From: Chromatiales bacterium
Lineage (GTDB): Bacteria > Pseudomonadota > Gammaproteobacteria > Chromatiales > Chromatiaceae
Assembly (NCBI GenBank): GCA_022360905.1
Contig: JAKSBX010000065.1
Location: forward strand, 24,148-88,147
Direction: 5' to 3'
DNA length: 64,000 nucleotides
The position numbers and the translations under genes are program-made. Positions 1-10,203 of the stretch are shown here, piece after piece (the stretch's first letter is position 1; each line of letters starts with the position of its first letter). The notes under the pieces are model-generated. The model made no database searches. It saw only the letters and a list, made by a program, of their open reading frames with translations, and was not told the origin of the DNA.

Positions 1-2
1 CC

Positions 3-635
3 ACGGCCATAGATGCATCGGGAGACCGGGCGGTTGTCGGTTCCGGGCGTCTGATCACGTCCGGGAACACCGGTCATCCAGAGTTCAGCCTGACCTTATT
101 GAATCTCTCCCAGCCATCCGACCCGCTGTTGATGAGTCAACTCGTCGTTGACTATCAGCCAGATGACCTGGCTATCAAGGACGATCATGTCTACGTGATT
201 GGCTCTGATCAGGTTTTGAATATCTATCGCGTCACTGTCAATAATGAACTGCGTGAATTGTCAGGACTCTATATCCCGCCAGTGAGTGGGGCTACAGAGA
301 TTCTGTTGCAAGGGGAGTATGGGTTTATATCTCGTACAGACAATACTATCTCGGTTGTGGATATCAGTGACCCTTCCAGCCCAACAGTGGTGATTACAAT
401 CGATACCCAAGGGTCGATCGGGGATATTCACATTGAAGACAAACTGTTGCTGATTGCCGGTCAAGCTGGAAATCTGCAGGTGCTGAATATCGAAAACCCG
501 GAAGCACCTACTTTTGTGGGTAATTACCATACCCCATCTCCGGCGCGGGCCGTGACAGTAATCAACGATCAGGTGTTTGTGGCAATCAAGAATCAGATTG
601 TAATCTCTGATCTACCGATTCATCCTGTGCCGTAG
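3..635 (+). CDS. LVIVD-repeat (beta-propeller) protein, C-terminal part; gene begins upstream of the window
   Basis: Repeats such as VVDISDPSSPTVV and VLNIENPEAPTFVG. The frame stays open from base 3 to the track start at 99, so the gene is 5'-truncated by the window edge. Confidence 0.8.
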   Translation, partial: TAIDASGDRAVVGSGRLITSGNTGHPEFSLTLLNLSQPSDPLLMSQLVVDYQPDDLAIKDDHVYVIGSDQVLNIYRVTVNNELRELSGLYIPPVSGATEILLQGEYGFISRTDNTISVVDISDPSSPTVVITIDTQGSIGDIHIEDKLLLIAGQAGNLQVLNIENPEAPTFVGNYHTPSPARAVTVINDQVFVAIKNQIVISDLPIHPVP

Positions 636-808
636 CAAAACAGCTGGGGAGAGACTCGGCTATTGTTGATGGTGAGCGTGATATTGGCCGCAAATACTCG
701 CCAATACTTTAGCCGGGTCAGATTACTCCGATCTTGCTCATACCGGTGCAGGCCCAAGTATGGGCATGACACCGGCTTCTCTTTTGTTGGTTCCCGCTTG
801 AAAGGCGC

Positions 809-2845
809 TTAGGCCTGTTTTGCGCTACTTAACTGTTTTTGAATATTCGGGGGAACCGCTTCGTAATGGCTGAACTCAATGGTGTAGCTGCCTTCACCGC
901 CGGTTATCGCTTTCAGCTGGGTGGAGTAGCCTTCAAGTTCCGCCAGCGGCGCCTGACCTTTGATGACTAGCGTGTTGTTGCGCCCTGTCTCCGTGCCGCT
1001 GATCTGGCCTCTACGTCCAGCCAGGTCACCAGTCAGATCGCCCATGAAGCTGTCGGAGGTGGTGATGGAAATATTGACAATGGGCTCAAGGATCACTGGT
1101 CCGGCGTTATCGACGGCTTCAAGAAAGGCCTTTTTACCCGCTGTGACAAAGGCGATCTCCTTAGAGTCGACAGAGTGAAATTTGCCGTCGTAAACCGTAA
1201 CTCTGATGTCCTGCATGGTGAAGCCGCTTATCGCACCTTCTTCCATGGCGCTTCTGACCCCTTTCTCAACGGCCGGGATAAACTGACCGGGAATCGCACC
1301 GCCAACCACCGCATTGACATATTCAAACCCTGAACCCCGTTCCAGTGGCTCGATACGCAGAAATACTTCACCGAACTGTCCTGCGCCACCGGTCTGTTTC
1401 TTATGTCGATAGTGACCCTCCGCTTTGCGGGTTATGGTCTCCCGGTAGGCGATGCTGGGTGGATGGGTATCGACTTCAACACTGTATTTTTTCTTGATCT
1501 GTTGCAGCAGTACATCGAGATGCAGCTCGCCAAGGCCACGCATGACCGTCTCATTGAGACTGACGTTGTGCTCAACATGGAAACAGGGATCTTCATCTTC
1601 CAGCTTATGCAGAGCATCGCTTAATTTTTGCTCATCGCCACGTTTGGTGGTGTTGATGGCCAGGCCGAACAGGGGCACAGGGCACTCAATCGAACGAAGG
1701 TGATGGTGGTCTTCGTCGTGGGAGTCGTGTATCACCGCATCGAAATGGATCTCATCAATCCGAGCTACGGCGCAGATATCGCCGGGTACCCCCTGTTTCA
1801 TCTCCTCCTGCTCTTTACCCTGTAAACGGTAGAGATGACTGACCTTGAACGGTTTCCTGGCATCACCGATATAGAGTTGGGAGTTGACTTCGAGCTTGCC
1901 TTGGTGGATGCGGAAGATGCCCAGTTTGCCTCGGTAGGGGTCATTGATCACCTTGAATACATGGCCGATGACATGTTTGCTCTCGTCGGGGGTGACCTCG
2001 ACAGGCTGCATGTCAGCCCCTTCACCTTTCATGAATGGAGGCGGGTTACCTTCGGTAGGATCGGGCATCAGTTTGGAGAACAGGTTCAGCAGTTCATCGA
2101 TCCCTGCGCCATTCTCTGCCGACGTAAAACAGACCGGAATCAGGTGACCTTCACGCAGTGCCTTTTCGAAAGGATCGTGTAACTGTTCGGGCTCGATGGC
2201 CTGTCCCTGTTCCAGATAGAGCTCCATCAGCTCCTCATCCACTTCAACGACCTGATCCACCAGGTTGTCGTGTGCCTGACTGACCGATGAGATATCGGTG
2301 GCATCGCCACCCGGCTGAAAGTAGCAGTCGATGACCTTTTTTCCGTTTTCAGCGGGCAGATTGATCGGCAGGCACTCTTTGCCGAAGGTCTCCTTCAGGC
2401 TCTCCAGCAGGGCGTCATGGTCAACATCTTCTGAATCTATCTTGTTGATGATGATAAATCGGCACAGGTTGCGCCGCTTCGCGGCATCCATCATGCGGAT
2501 GGTAACCGGCTCGATACCGGCTGAAGCATTGACAACGACCATCGCCGATTCCACGGCAGGCAGGATGCTGATCCCTCGACCCAGGAAATCTGCATATCCG
2601 GGGGTGTCGATGATATTGACCTGTTTGCTTTCATGGCTCAGGTGGGTGATGGCGATATCCAGGGAGTGTTGCAGCTCTTTTTCCAGATCATCGCTGTCAC
2701 AGACGGTGTCGCCCCGTTCAATCGTGCCTTTCGTCTTGATCATGCCCGATCGGTGCAGCAGACTCTCGATCAAACTCGTTTTACCTGAGCCGGCATGTCC
2801 GACCAGTGCGATATTGTGGATATCATGGGTAGAGTAATTGGCCAT
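809..2845 (-). CDS. fusA: Elongation factor G paralog (EF-G2/FusA-related GTPase)
   Basis: GHAGSGKTS P-loop, DTPGYADF, NKID, and EF-G domain IV/V motifs (KKQTGGAGQFG, DGKFHSVDS). The canonical RGITI switch is replaced, and the gene is not in a str operon. Confidence 0.9.
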   Translation of the reverse strand: MANYSTHDIHNIALVGHAGSGKTSLIESLLHRSGMIKTKGTIERGDTVCDSDDLEKELQHSLDIAITHLSHESKQVNIIDTPGYADFLGRGISILPAVESAMVVVNASAGIEPVTIRMMDAAKRRNLCRFIIINKIDSEDVDHDALLESLKETFGKECLPINLPAENGKKVIDCYFQPGGDATDISSVSQAHDNLVDQVVEVDEELMELYLEQGQAIEPEQLHDPFEKALREGHLIPVCFTSAENGAGIDELLNLFSKLMPDPTEGNPPPFMKGEGADMQPVEVTPDESKHVIGHVFKVINDPYRGKLGIFRIHQGKLEVNSQLYIGDARKPFKVSHLYRLQGKEQEEMKQGVPGDICAVARIDEIHFDAVIHDSHDEDHHHLRSIECPVPLFGLAINTTKRGDEQKLSDALHKLEDEDPCFHVEHNVSLNETVMRGLGELHLDVLLQQIKKKYSVEVDTHPPSIAYRETITRKAEGHYRHKKQTGGAGQFGEVFLRIEPLERGSGFEYVNAVVGGAIPGQFIPAVEKGVRSAMEEGAISGFTMQDIRVTVYDGKFHSVDSKEIAFVTAGKKAFLEAVDNAGPVILEPIVNISITTSDSFMGDLTGDLAGRRGQISGTETGRNNTLVIKGQAPLAELEGYSTQLKAITGGEGSYTIEFSHYEAVPPNIQKQLSSAKQA

Positions 2846-3126
2846 CGTGACTCCTATCAGCAGAACATGCCGGGTTATATAGCCATCAGAGGCGTCGGCT
2901 AAATGTTATTGATTATGTTTGTTGCCAGTATATCAATCAACTATCTGAAGTTGTTGAGCTCAGGCAGTAGATTGGCATAAAACAGCCTGATTTTTCAAAA
3001 AATCATGACACCGGTCAGCTTCATGCCGTGCCGCATGCCCTGGCCTGTCTGTGTATGGTGTGGGATAGGGTAGGCTGGTCCTTCGGCAAAGGCTGCGCTT
3101 AAATTGAGCCATTGCCGGTAGGGGGA

Positions 3127-4428
3127 TCAGGGGTGTACTGAATTGATCACGACCTGAACAGTCTCGGATGATCCGGGCGCTACAGGTTGAATCTCCCCTT
3201 CAAGGTCTCCGGCCTGTGCGGTAGGGCTGCCGGACATGGATATCCTGGCGCCGACCACCACCTCATTGAAACCGGAGAGCTTCATCTGTGGCATCATGGC
3301 CATACTGTCATCCAGGCTGATTGAAACCGGCAGGTCACTGACCTTTTTTCTGACCGCTGCCAGGGGCATGGGTGGGCCGCTGACCGCCTTGGCGTAGATG
3401 AATACCAGGTCATTCGGTTTGGTCTTGGCCTGAAGTTCAGGGGAGAGGGATACGGCAACCTTAATCGACTCATCGGCCGTTGCTGCAGCAGGCTGCGGCT
3501 TGGCTTTGGGTTTCTGCTTTTGCACAATGCTCGGCAGCTCCGCCTCTTCCGGAGGCAGACCCAGCTGGCTGCGCGCATCGTCGATGGCGTTATTGACCGA
3601 TTCAAGTTCGGCACTCTGTGGTGTCAGACTACTGCGCAAGGAATCCCAACGCAGGATTGCCGATTTAAAATCGGAGGATTGATAGGCCAGGATACCGGCC
3701 AGCCAAAGCACGTTCGGGTTTTCCGGTTCCAGTTGATAGGCCTTTTCGATCATCGGTGCGGCACGGCCGGTGAAATCGTTGCCGGTTGTTGCGGCGATGG
3801 CTTCTGCATAGGCCAACAACAGATCGACCCGTTGGTCGTTCATCTCCATGGCACGCTGATACGCATTGATGGCGGCGGAGTGATCATTGAGGGCCATATA
3901 ACTCCGGCCGAGCATGATCCAGCCATCCTGATTGTCCGGATTCTCCTGTAATTTTTCCGCCAGTCTTCTCACCAGCTCATCCATTGGGGGAAGGTTTTCC
4001 ATACCGCCGGAAGGGGCCTGGGCCGTCTGTTGTGTTGTGCCAGGCGCCGGTTGTTGAGCCAGATGGTTGATGATTTCAGGTGTACCCAGCAGGTCGTAGA
4101 GCAGCCAGGCGGCAAGTGGAATCAGCAGTGCGGTGACCGCCATGATGCGTCCCGAGGGGCTCACCTGAACGCTTGACTCGGAAGTTGTCGTGGAGACATC
4201 GGTCAACAGGGATTTCTCCAGGTCCTTGCGTGCCGCGTCATAGCGGTTCTGGTCCAGATTGCCGGCTTCAAGGTCGTTGTCCAACTCCTCCAACTGTTGT
4301 TTGAAGACAGCCAGGTTGAGTTCATCGGAAGTGATCCTGTCGGATACCTCTTTTCTTAGTAACGGCAGGCCGACAAAAGCCATTGCCAGGACGGTCAGTC
4401 CGGCAATAATCATCCAGAATAGGGTCAT
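3127..4428 (-). CDS. ccmI: Cytochrome c biogenesis protein CcmI/CycH (TPR)
   Basis: N-terminal TM, ELNLAVFKQQLEELD motif, TPR region (GWIMLGRSY), C-terminal PMPLAAVR domain; last gene of the ccm operon. Confidence 0.93.
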   Translation of the reverse strand: MTLFWMIIAGLTVLAMAFVGLPLLRKEVSDRITSDELNLAVFKQQLEELDNDLEAGNLDQNRYDAARKDLEKSLLTDVSTTTSESSVQVSPSGRIMAVTALLIPLAAWLLYDLLGTPEIINHLAQQPAPGTTQQTAQAPSGGMENLPPMDELVRRLAEKLQENPDNQDGWIMLGRSYMALNDHSAAINAYQRAMEMNDQRVDLLLAYAEAIAATTGNDFTGRAAPMIEKAYQLEPENPNVLWLAGILAYQSSDFKSAILRWDSLRSSLTPQSAELESVNNAIDDARSQLGLPPEEAELPSIVQKQKPKAKPQPAAATADESIKVAVSLSPELQAKTKPNDLVFIYAKAVSGPPMPLAAVRKKVSDLPVSISLDDSMAMMPQMKLSGFNEVVVGARISMSGSPTAQAGDLEGEIQPVAPGSSETVQVVINSVHP

Positions 4429-4904
4429 TGATTCGTGTCTCTTTGTTCGTTCGACTGATCCAGCAGTTTTTCGAGTCTTTGTTGTTCTGCATCACTCAGT
4501 TCTGTTTCACGGCTCTGGTTTTTGCGTTTGATGATACGAAACAGTACCACTCCGCCGATCAGAAAAACGATTAACGGGCCGAACCAGATGGGGTAGGTAC
4601 TTGGCTTGACCGGCGGGCTGTAGAGTACGAAGTCTCCATAGCGGGCAACCATGAAGTCGATGATTTCTCCCTTACTCTGACCGCCTTTCATCATGCCGTA
4701 GATTTCGTTTCTCAGGTCAATGGCCAGTTCCGCATTGGACCCTGCCAGTGACTCGTTCTGGCAGACCAGGCAGCGCATCTCTTCAATGATTTCGCGAAAA
4801 TCCTCATCTTGTGCCGGATCCTCGAAGGTATATTCCGCGAGGGTTGCGGCTTGCAGGGCGGTCAGGCCCAGAAGGTAGATAAAACTGAACAGAAATAGGC
4901 GCAC
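4425..4904 (-). CDS. ccmH: Cytochrome c biogenesis protein CcmH
   Basis: RCLVCQNESLAGSNAELA motif and RYGDFVLYSPP. Confidence 0.95.
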   Translation of the reverse strand: MRLFLFSFIYLLGLTALQAATLAEYTFEDPAQDEDFREIIEEMRCLVCQNESLAGSNAELAIDLRNEIYGMMKGGQSKGEIIDFMVARYGDFVLYSPPVKPSTYPIWFGPLIVFLIGGVVLFRIIKRKNQSRETELSDAEQQRLEKLLDQSNEQRDTNQ

Positions 4905-4905
4905 G

Positions 4906-5448
4906 TTATGATCCTTTGGCTTTCAAATCATTGATCATGGGAAGCAGGGTTTCGTTAAACACACCCAGGGTGAGGGGGCCTGCGTGTTTGTAATGAATGA
5001 TGCCATTGCCATCTACCAAAAAGGTTTCCGGGGCACCATAGACACCAAGATCGATGGCTGTGCGTCCTTTTTGGTCGAAAATGTTGACCGTATAGGGGTC
5101 GCCCAGTTGCTGTAGCCAGGCCTGAGCCTTGACCCGCTCATCTTTCCAGTTGAGCCCGACGATCTCCACTTTGCCTGAACGGGCAAGATGCACCAAAGTG
5201 TCGTGTTCAGCGCGACAGGAGACACACCAGGTTGCCCAGACATTCAGCAGGTAGATCTTACCCTTCAGGTTCTGATCGTTGATCATGGTTTCGGCACTTT
5301 CCACCGAGGGCAGGGAGAACTCCGGTATCGATTTGCCGATCAGGGGGGAGGGGATTTCCCTGGGGTTCATGCCCAACCCTTTATAGAGGAAGGCGGCAAT
5401 TATCCCGAAAATGATCAACGGTACGGAATAACGCAAATAGCGGTTCAT
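4906..5448 (-). CDS. ccmG: Thiol:disulfide interchange protein CcmG/DsbE
   Basis: NVWATWCVSC thioredoxin motif and GVYGAPETF. The likely start is the ATG at 5448 (MNRYLRY); the track ORF extends to 5490. Confidence 0.95.
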   Translation of the reverse strand: MNRYLRYSVPLIIFGIIAAFLYKGLGMNPREIPSPLIGKSIPEFSLPSVESAETMINDQNLKGKIYLLNVWATWCVSCRAEHDTLVHLARSGKVEIVGLNWKDERVKAQAWLQQLGDPYTVNIFDQKGRTAIDLGVYGAPETFLVDGNGIIHYKHAGPLTLGVFNETLLPMINDLKAKGS

Positions 5449-5455
5449 GACAGAA

Positions 5456-7453
5456 TTAACTCCCTGATGCAGTCGCAGTCGCTGCAGCATTGTTGACCAT
5501 CTCTGGCGAGCGTACTTTGGCGGTTCGATAGCGTCGGTCGGTGACAGCCAGTATGCCGCCCAGACTCATCAGTACACCACCCAGCCAGATCCATCGTACA
5601 TAGGGTTTGTAGTAGAGACGCAGACTCCAGTCGCCACCACCCAGAGGCTCTCCCAGTGAGACATAGAGATCCCGGGTGAAGCCCCAGTCGATGGAGGCTT
5701 CCGTCATGGGACGTGTCTGTACGAAATAGGTCCGTTTTTCCGGCTTCAGAGTAATGAAAGCCTCACCGTCACGGGAAACCTGGAAACTGCCCTGATGGGC
5801 GTTGTAGTTCGGGCCTGGAACCCGCTTTACACCATCGAAGCGGAACTCGTAGCCGGCAATTTCACTGACATCCCCGGGACTCATGCGGACATCATGCTCC
5901 TCGCCGAAATTGGATACCATGGTGACGCCAACGATAAACATGGCGACTCCGAGGTGAGCCAGAATCATGCCATAGTAGCTTCGACCGCCGGTTCTGAAAT
6001 CCTGCCAGAACCCATTGAAGCCCTTCTTGTTTTTCAGCCGATCCCGGACGTTGATAAGGTGAGAGGCGGCAACCCACAGGGCCAGCCCCATACCCAGACC
6101 TACCACCCAGTTGCCGCCGGAGAACATCGGCAGCAGACTGATCAGGCCAAATGCGACACTGACGACAAAGGCCACCTTCAGCTGTTTAATCAACAGGGAG
6201 GGCTCTGCATGCTTCCATCGGGATAGGGAGCCGATGCCCATCAGCAGCGCCAGGAAGGGTGTGGTCAGCAGAAACATCTTGTTGAACCAGGGGAAACCCA
6301 CCGAGATCTTGCCCAGTTGCAAAGCGTCGTAGATCAGAGGCGCCAGTGTGCCCAGAAGCACCAGGGCGGCAAACACTGAGAGCAGAAGATTGTTACCAAG
6401 TAAAAAGGTTTCACGGGAGATCAGATCGAATCTTCCGCCACTGGAGATATAGGGAGCACGCCAGGTGTAGAGCAACAGAGAGCCGCCGATTACCACCAAC
6501 AGGAAGATCAGGATAAATACACCACGGGCCGGATCCGAGGCGAACGAGTGCACGGAGGTCAGCACGCCGGAACGGACCAGAAAGGTACCGAGCAGACTGA
6601 GGGAGAAGGCTGCGATCGCCAGCAGCACCGTCCAGCTTTTGAAGGCACCCCGTTTTTCGGTCACAGCGAGCGAGTGGATCAATGCCGTGCCGACCAGCCA
6701 GGGCATGAAGGAGGCATTTTCCACCGGATCCCAGAACCACCAGCCACCCCAGCCCAACTCATAGTAAGCCCACCAGCTGCCGAGCACGATGCCGAGGGTC
6801 AGGAACACCCAGGCGATGGTCGTCCAGGGACGGGACCAGCGGGCCCAGGAGGCGTCCAGCCTACCGCCGAGCAGAGCGGCGATGGCAAATGCGAAGGCGA
6901 CAGAGAAACCCACATAACCCATATAGAGCATCGGTGGATGGATCGCCAGACCAGGGTCCTGCAGCATGGGGTTGAGTTCACCACCCTCTAAGGGAACGGG
7001 GAAGGTTCTGTCAAAAGGGTTGGAGGTCAGCAACATGAAGAGCATGAAACCGATGCTCACCATGCCCATCACCGAGAGAACCCGGGAGACCATCTCCAGC
7101 GGCAAGTTACGACTGAAGGCGGCAATCGCCACACTCCAGGCGGCGAGCATAAAGGCCCACAGCAGCAGGGATCCCTCATGGGCGCCCCACACGGCGGATA
7201 TCTTGTAGATGTCCGGTAACTTGGTGTTACCGTGCTGAGCCACATAGATAACGGAAAAGTCGTTGCTGAGGAAGGCATTGGTCAGAATCAGCAGCGAAAT
7301 GGTAAGAAAGACGAACTGACCCCAGGCAAGACTTCGGGAAGCGGCCATCCAGGCGTTATTCCGGGTATAGGAGCCGACCAAAGGCACGATAGCCTGGGTA
7401 ACTGCCAGGCAGAGTGCGAGAATTAAGGCGAAGTGACCGAGTTCAGGGATCAT
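5456..7453 (-). CDS. ccmF: Heme lyase CcmF
   Basis: MIPELGHFAL start, HPPMLYMGY, and the WGGWWFWDPVENAS WWD domain. Confidence 0.97.
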   Translation of the reverse strand: MIPELGHFALILALCLAVTQAIVPLVGSYTRNNAWMAASRSLAWGQFVFLTISLLILTNAFLSNDFSVIYVAQHGNTKLPDIYKISAVWGAHEGSLLLWAFMLAAWSVAIAAFSRNLPLEMVSRVLSVMGMVSIGFMLFMLLTSNPFDRTFPVPLEGGELNPMLQDPGLAIHPPMLYMGYVGFSVAFAFAIAALLGGRLDASWARWSRPWTTIAWVFLTLGIVLGSWWAYYELGWGGWWFWDPVENASFMPWLVGTALIHSLAVTEKRGAFKSWTVLLAIAAFSLSLLGTFLVRSGVLTSVHSFASDPARGVFILIFLLVVIGGSLLLYTWRAPYISSGGRFDLISRETFLLGNNLLLSVFAALVLLGTLAPLIYDALQLGKISVGFPWFNKMFLLTTPFLALLMGIGSLSRWKHAEPSLLIKQLKVAFVVSVAFGLISLLPMFSGGNWVVGLGMGLALWVAASHLINVRDRLKNKKGFNGFWQDFRTGGRSYYGMILAHLGVAMFIVGVTMVSNFGEEHDVRMSPGDVSEIAGYEFRFDGVKRVPGPNYNAHQGSFQVSRDGEAFITLKPEKRTYFVQTRPMTEASIDWGFTRDLYVSLGEPLGGGDWSLRLYYKPYVRWIWLGGVLMSLGGILAVTDRRYRTAKVRSPEMVNNAAATATASGS

Positions 7454-7917
7454 TGTATGCTGGCCTGGGGCTGAGGATTGGCGACCGCCTCGTCATGGGC
7501 GGTTTTCAGAGATTCGGCGACCTCCGGAGGCATATAGTTCTCATCATGTTTGGCTAGTACTTCGCTGGCGATGAAGATGCCGTCCTGATTGAGTTGGCCC
7601 ATGGCGACGATACCCTGACCTTCACGAAACAGGTCGGGAAGAATACCGGTATATTCAACGGTCACTGCCTCGGCATTATCGGTCACTGAGAATGCGGTGG
7701 TCAGGCCATCGGGCTTGCGCTTGACACTGTCGGTCTGTACCAGGCCTCCAATGCGGAACGGATGTGCCTCCGGCGCCTTGCCTTCCACCACTTCAGAGGG
7801 TGAAAAGAAGAACATCAGGTTCTCATCAAAGGCATTCAGTGCCAGCCAGGTGGCAACGCCGATACCGGCTACCATGAGACCGATCAGGGTGAGTCTTTTC
7901 TTACGTATGGGATTCAT
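7450..7917 (-). CDS. ccmE: Heme chaperone CcmE
   Basis: LPDLFREGQG and LAKHDENYMPPE (heme-binding HxxxY). Confidence 0.97.
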   Translation of the reverse strand: MNPIRKKRLTLIGLMVAGIGVATWLALNAFDENLMFFFSPSEVVEGKAPEAHPFRIGGLVQTDSVKRKPDGLTTAFSVTDNAEAVTVEYTGILPDLFREGQGIVAMGQLNQDGIFIASEVLAKHDENYMPPEVAESLKTAHDEAVANPQPQASIQ

Positions 7918-8080
7918 TTTCTACTTTCCTGGCCCGACGTATTTTACGGGCGATATCAGTTAAGGCGCGCTTACGTTGACGCAGAGGTGCTACTACGTTG
8001 GCAACCAGTACGATGAACGCCAGGATAAAAGAGGGCCAGACATAGACTGCGTAGCCACCCATTGCGAAAAACTCGCTCAT
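7901..8080 (-). CDS. ccmD: Heme exporter protein CcmD (59 aa, not in ORF track)
   Basis: Manual translation gives MSEFFAMGGYAVYVWPSFILAFIVLVANVVAPLRQRKRALTDIARKIRRARKVENESHT*. The MGGYAxYVW signature and position between ccmC and ccmE fit. Confidence 0.92.
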   Translation of the reverse strand: MSEFFAMGGYAVYVWPSFILAFIVLVANVVAPLRQRKRALTDIARKIRRARKVENESHT

Positions 8081-8823
8081 TTCGCCTCCTGTTCAACCAT
8101 TTCCTGAACCCAGCGACTGTTCCTTTCCCGTTCAACAATTTCTGCGCGCGCGCGCATTAAGACCACAGCGCCGTAGTAAAGTTTAAACGAGATTGCCATG
8201 GTCAGCAGTGGGATCAACATGCTCATATCCATGGAGGGTTTATCGAATTTCGTCACCGATGCGGGCTGGTGCAGGGTGTTCCACCACTCCACCGAATAGT
8301 GAATGATCGGTATGTTGACCACCCCGACCAAAGCGAGGATGGAGACGGCCCGGGCAGCAACCCGCTTGTCCTCGATGGCGCTGTGCAGGGCGATGATGCC
8401 GAGATAGAGAAACAGTAGGATCAATTCCGAGGTCAAGCGTGCATCCCAGACCCACCAAGTACCCCACATGGGTTTACCCCAGAGCGAGCCGGTGGCCAGC
8501 GCGAGGAAGGTGAACGAGGCCCCCACGGTGGCGCTGCTGATGACCACGATTTCAGTCATTTTGATCCGCCAGACCAGGCTGATCAGCCCGGAAACCGCCA
8601 TCACCACGTAGATGAACATGGACATCCAGGCTGAAGGCACATGGATATACATGATGCGATAACTTTCGCCCTGCTGATAATCGGGAGGGGCGACGAACAG
8701 GCCGTAGTAGAGGCCGAACACCAGGGTGATCAGAAAGCTGACCATGAACCAGGGCACCAGTTTGCCCGCTACATTGTAGAAATAGCGTGGCGAACCCATT
8801 TGATGAAAGAAACGTATGATCAT
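8077..8823 (-). CDS. ccmC: Heme exporter CcmC
   Basis: IMYIHVPSAW, WGKPMWGTWWVWDARLTSEL, WWNTLHQ. Confidence 0.97.
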   Translation of the reverse strand: MIIRFFHQMGSPRYFYNVAGKLVPWFMVSFLITLVFGLYYGLFVAPPDYQQGESYRIMYIHVPSAWMSMFIYVVMAVSGLISLVWRIKMTEIVVISSATVGASFTFLALATGSLWGKPMWGTWWVWDARLTSELILLFLYLGIIALHSAIEDKRVAARAVSILALVGVVNIPIIHYSVEWWNTLHQPASVTKFDKPSMDMSMLIPLLTMAISFKLYYGAVVLMRARAEIVERERNSRWVQEMVEQEAK

Positions 8824-8824
8824 A

Positions 8825-9508
8825 TTAACTCAGACTGATTCTCAATGAGGCGGCAGTGGCCATGGGCGCCAGCACCAGGGAACCGACCAGCATCGCGCCC
8901 AGGATAGAGATCTGTGCGGTGGTCGGTATACCGATTATGGCTGTTTTGACAGCATCTGTACCAAATATCAACACAGGAACATATAGGGGTAGTACAAGCA
9001 GGGAGAGGATTACACCACCCCGCCTCAAACCGACGGTCAGCGCCACGCCGACCGAGCCGATGAGACTGAGCACCGGAGTGCCCAGGATCAGTGTCAGCAT
9101 CAGGGTGGGGATGGCACTGCCGGGGATGTTTAACAGCACCGCCAGCAGCGGTGCTACGATAAACAGTGGCAAGCCGGTCACCAGCCAGTGCGCCAGGATC
9201 TTTGCCAATACCAGAATCGAGACCGGATGGGCGCTGAGCATAAACTGTTCCAGCGAGCCATCATCGAAATCGGAGCGGAACATACTGTCCAGTGACAGCA
9301 GTGAAGCGAGTAGGGCGGCGACCCATACCACCCCGGGTCCGACGGCTTCGATCAGCTTGGGATCGTTGCCGATACCCAGTGGGAACATGGCCGTCACCAG
9401 GACAAAGAACAGCATCGGATTGACCAGCTCAGAGCGTCTGCGATAGGCGAGCACCAGATCCCTTTTTAGGAGCAGGCTGAAGGCGCTTGTCAGAGAGAGG
9501 GTACTCAT
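8825..9508 (-). CDS. ccmB: Heme exporter permease CcmB
   Basis: DFDDGSLEQF and LLSLLVLPLYVPVLIFG; six hydrophobic segments. Confidence 0.96.
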   Translation of the reverse strand: MSTLSLTSAFSLLLKRDLVLAYRRRSELVNPMLFFVLVTAMFPLGIGNDPKLIEAVGPGVVWVAALLASLLSLDSMFRSDFDDGSLEQFMLSAHPVSILVLAKILAHWLVTGLPLFIVAPLLAVLLNIPGSAIPTLMLTLILGTPVLSLIGSVGVALTVGLRRGGVILSLLVLPLYVPVLIFGTDAVKTAIIGIPTTAQISILGAMLVGSLVLAPMATAASLRISLS

Positions 9509-10203
9509 CGTTCGGAGAGATTGATGCGTACCAGCTCGATCTCATCCTTAAAACCGATGCGGTGATGTGTGGTCATAGCCGCCATGCCACCTTTATTGAG
9601 GTGTCCCTCGAAAAGTCGCTCCATATGTTCAATACCCTTACGGTCAAGTGATGTGAATGGCTCGTCGAGTATCCACAGTTTTGCATCCGTGACCAACAGA
9701 CGGGCGATCGCGAGTCGTCGCTGCTGACCCGCTGAAAGATTTCGGGTCGGTACATCTTCAAATCCGTACAGGCCGACCTGATCCAATGCCTCTTCCAGAT
9801 CGATATCCTGCCGGGCCTTGCCCAGGCCCTTGGCGATTCGCAGATTCTCCAAGGGTGTCAGATCCAGCTTCGAACCATCTTTATGGCCTAAATAGGCAAT
9901 GTGCTCATGGAACTCAGGCCCCAACTGAAAAATATCTTCACCTTCCCAGAGCAGGTCTCCGGCTTCAGGCAGGCGAATACCGCACAGAATTCGCAATAGG
10001 GAAGTTTTACCACTGCCGTTTCTACCCTCCAGGACCAAGGCCTGACCAGGGTTGATGGTGAAATCGAGGCCTTCGAACAGCATTCGGTCATCCCGGATAC
10101 AGGCCAGTGATTTGGCTTCAAAGGTCGCAACAGAGTGGCTTGAAGATGCGGTTGTCACAGATTCAGTCGTTTTATCGTTATCGTAATCTTTACAGCCCAC
10201 CAA
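9505..10203 (-). CDS. ccmA: Cytochrome c biogenesis ABC ATPase CcmA
   Basis: GRNGSGKTS Walker A, LSAGQQRR signature, WILDEPFTSLD, TTH. Confidence 0.95.
   Translation of the reverse strand: MVGCKDYDNDKTTESVTTASSSHSVATFEAKSLACIRDDRMLFEGLDFTINPGQALVLEGRNGSGKTSLLRILCGIRLPEAGDLLWEGEDIFQLGPEFHEHIAYLGHKDGSKLDLTPLENLRIAKGLGKARQDIDLEEALDQVGLYGFEDVPTRNLSAGQQRRLAIARLLVTDAKLWILDEPFTSLDRKGIEHMERLFEGHLNKGGMAAMTTHHRIGFKDEIELVRINLSER

Noticed and set aside
8144-8155. (GC)6 dinucleotide run in ccmC
   Set aside because: It simply encodes the conserved MRARAE segment.
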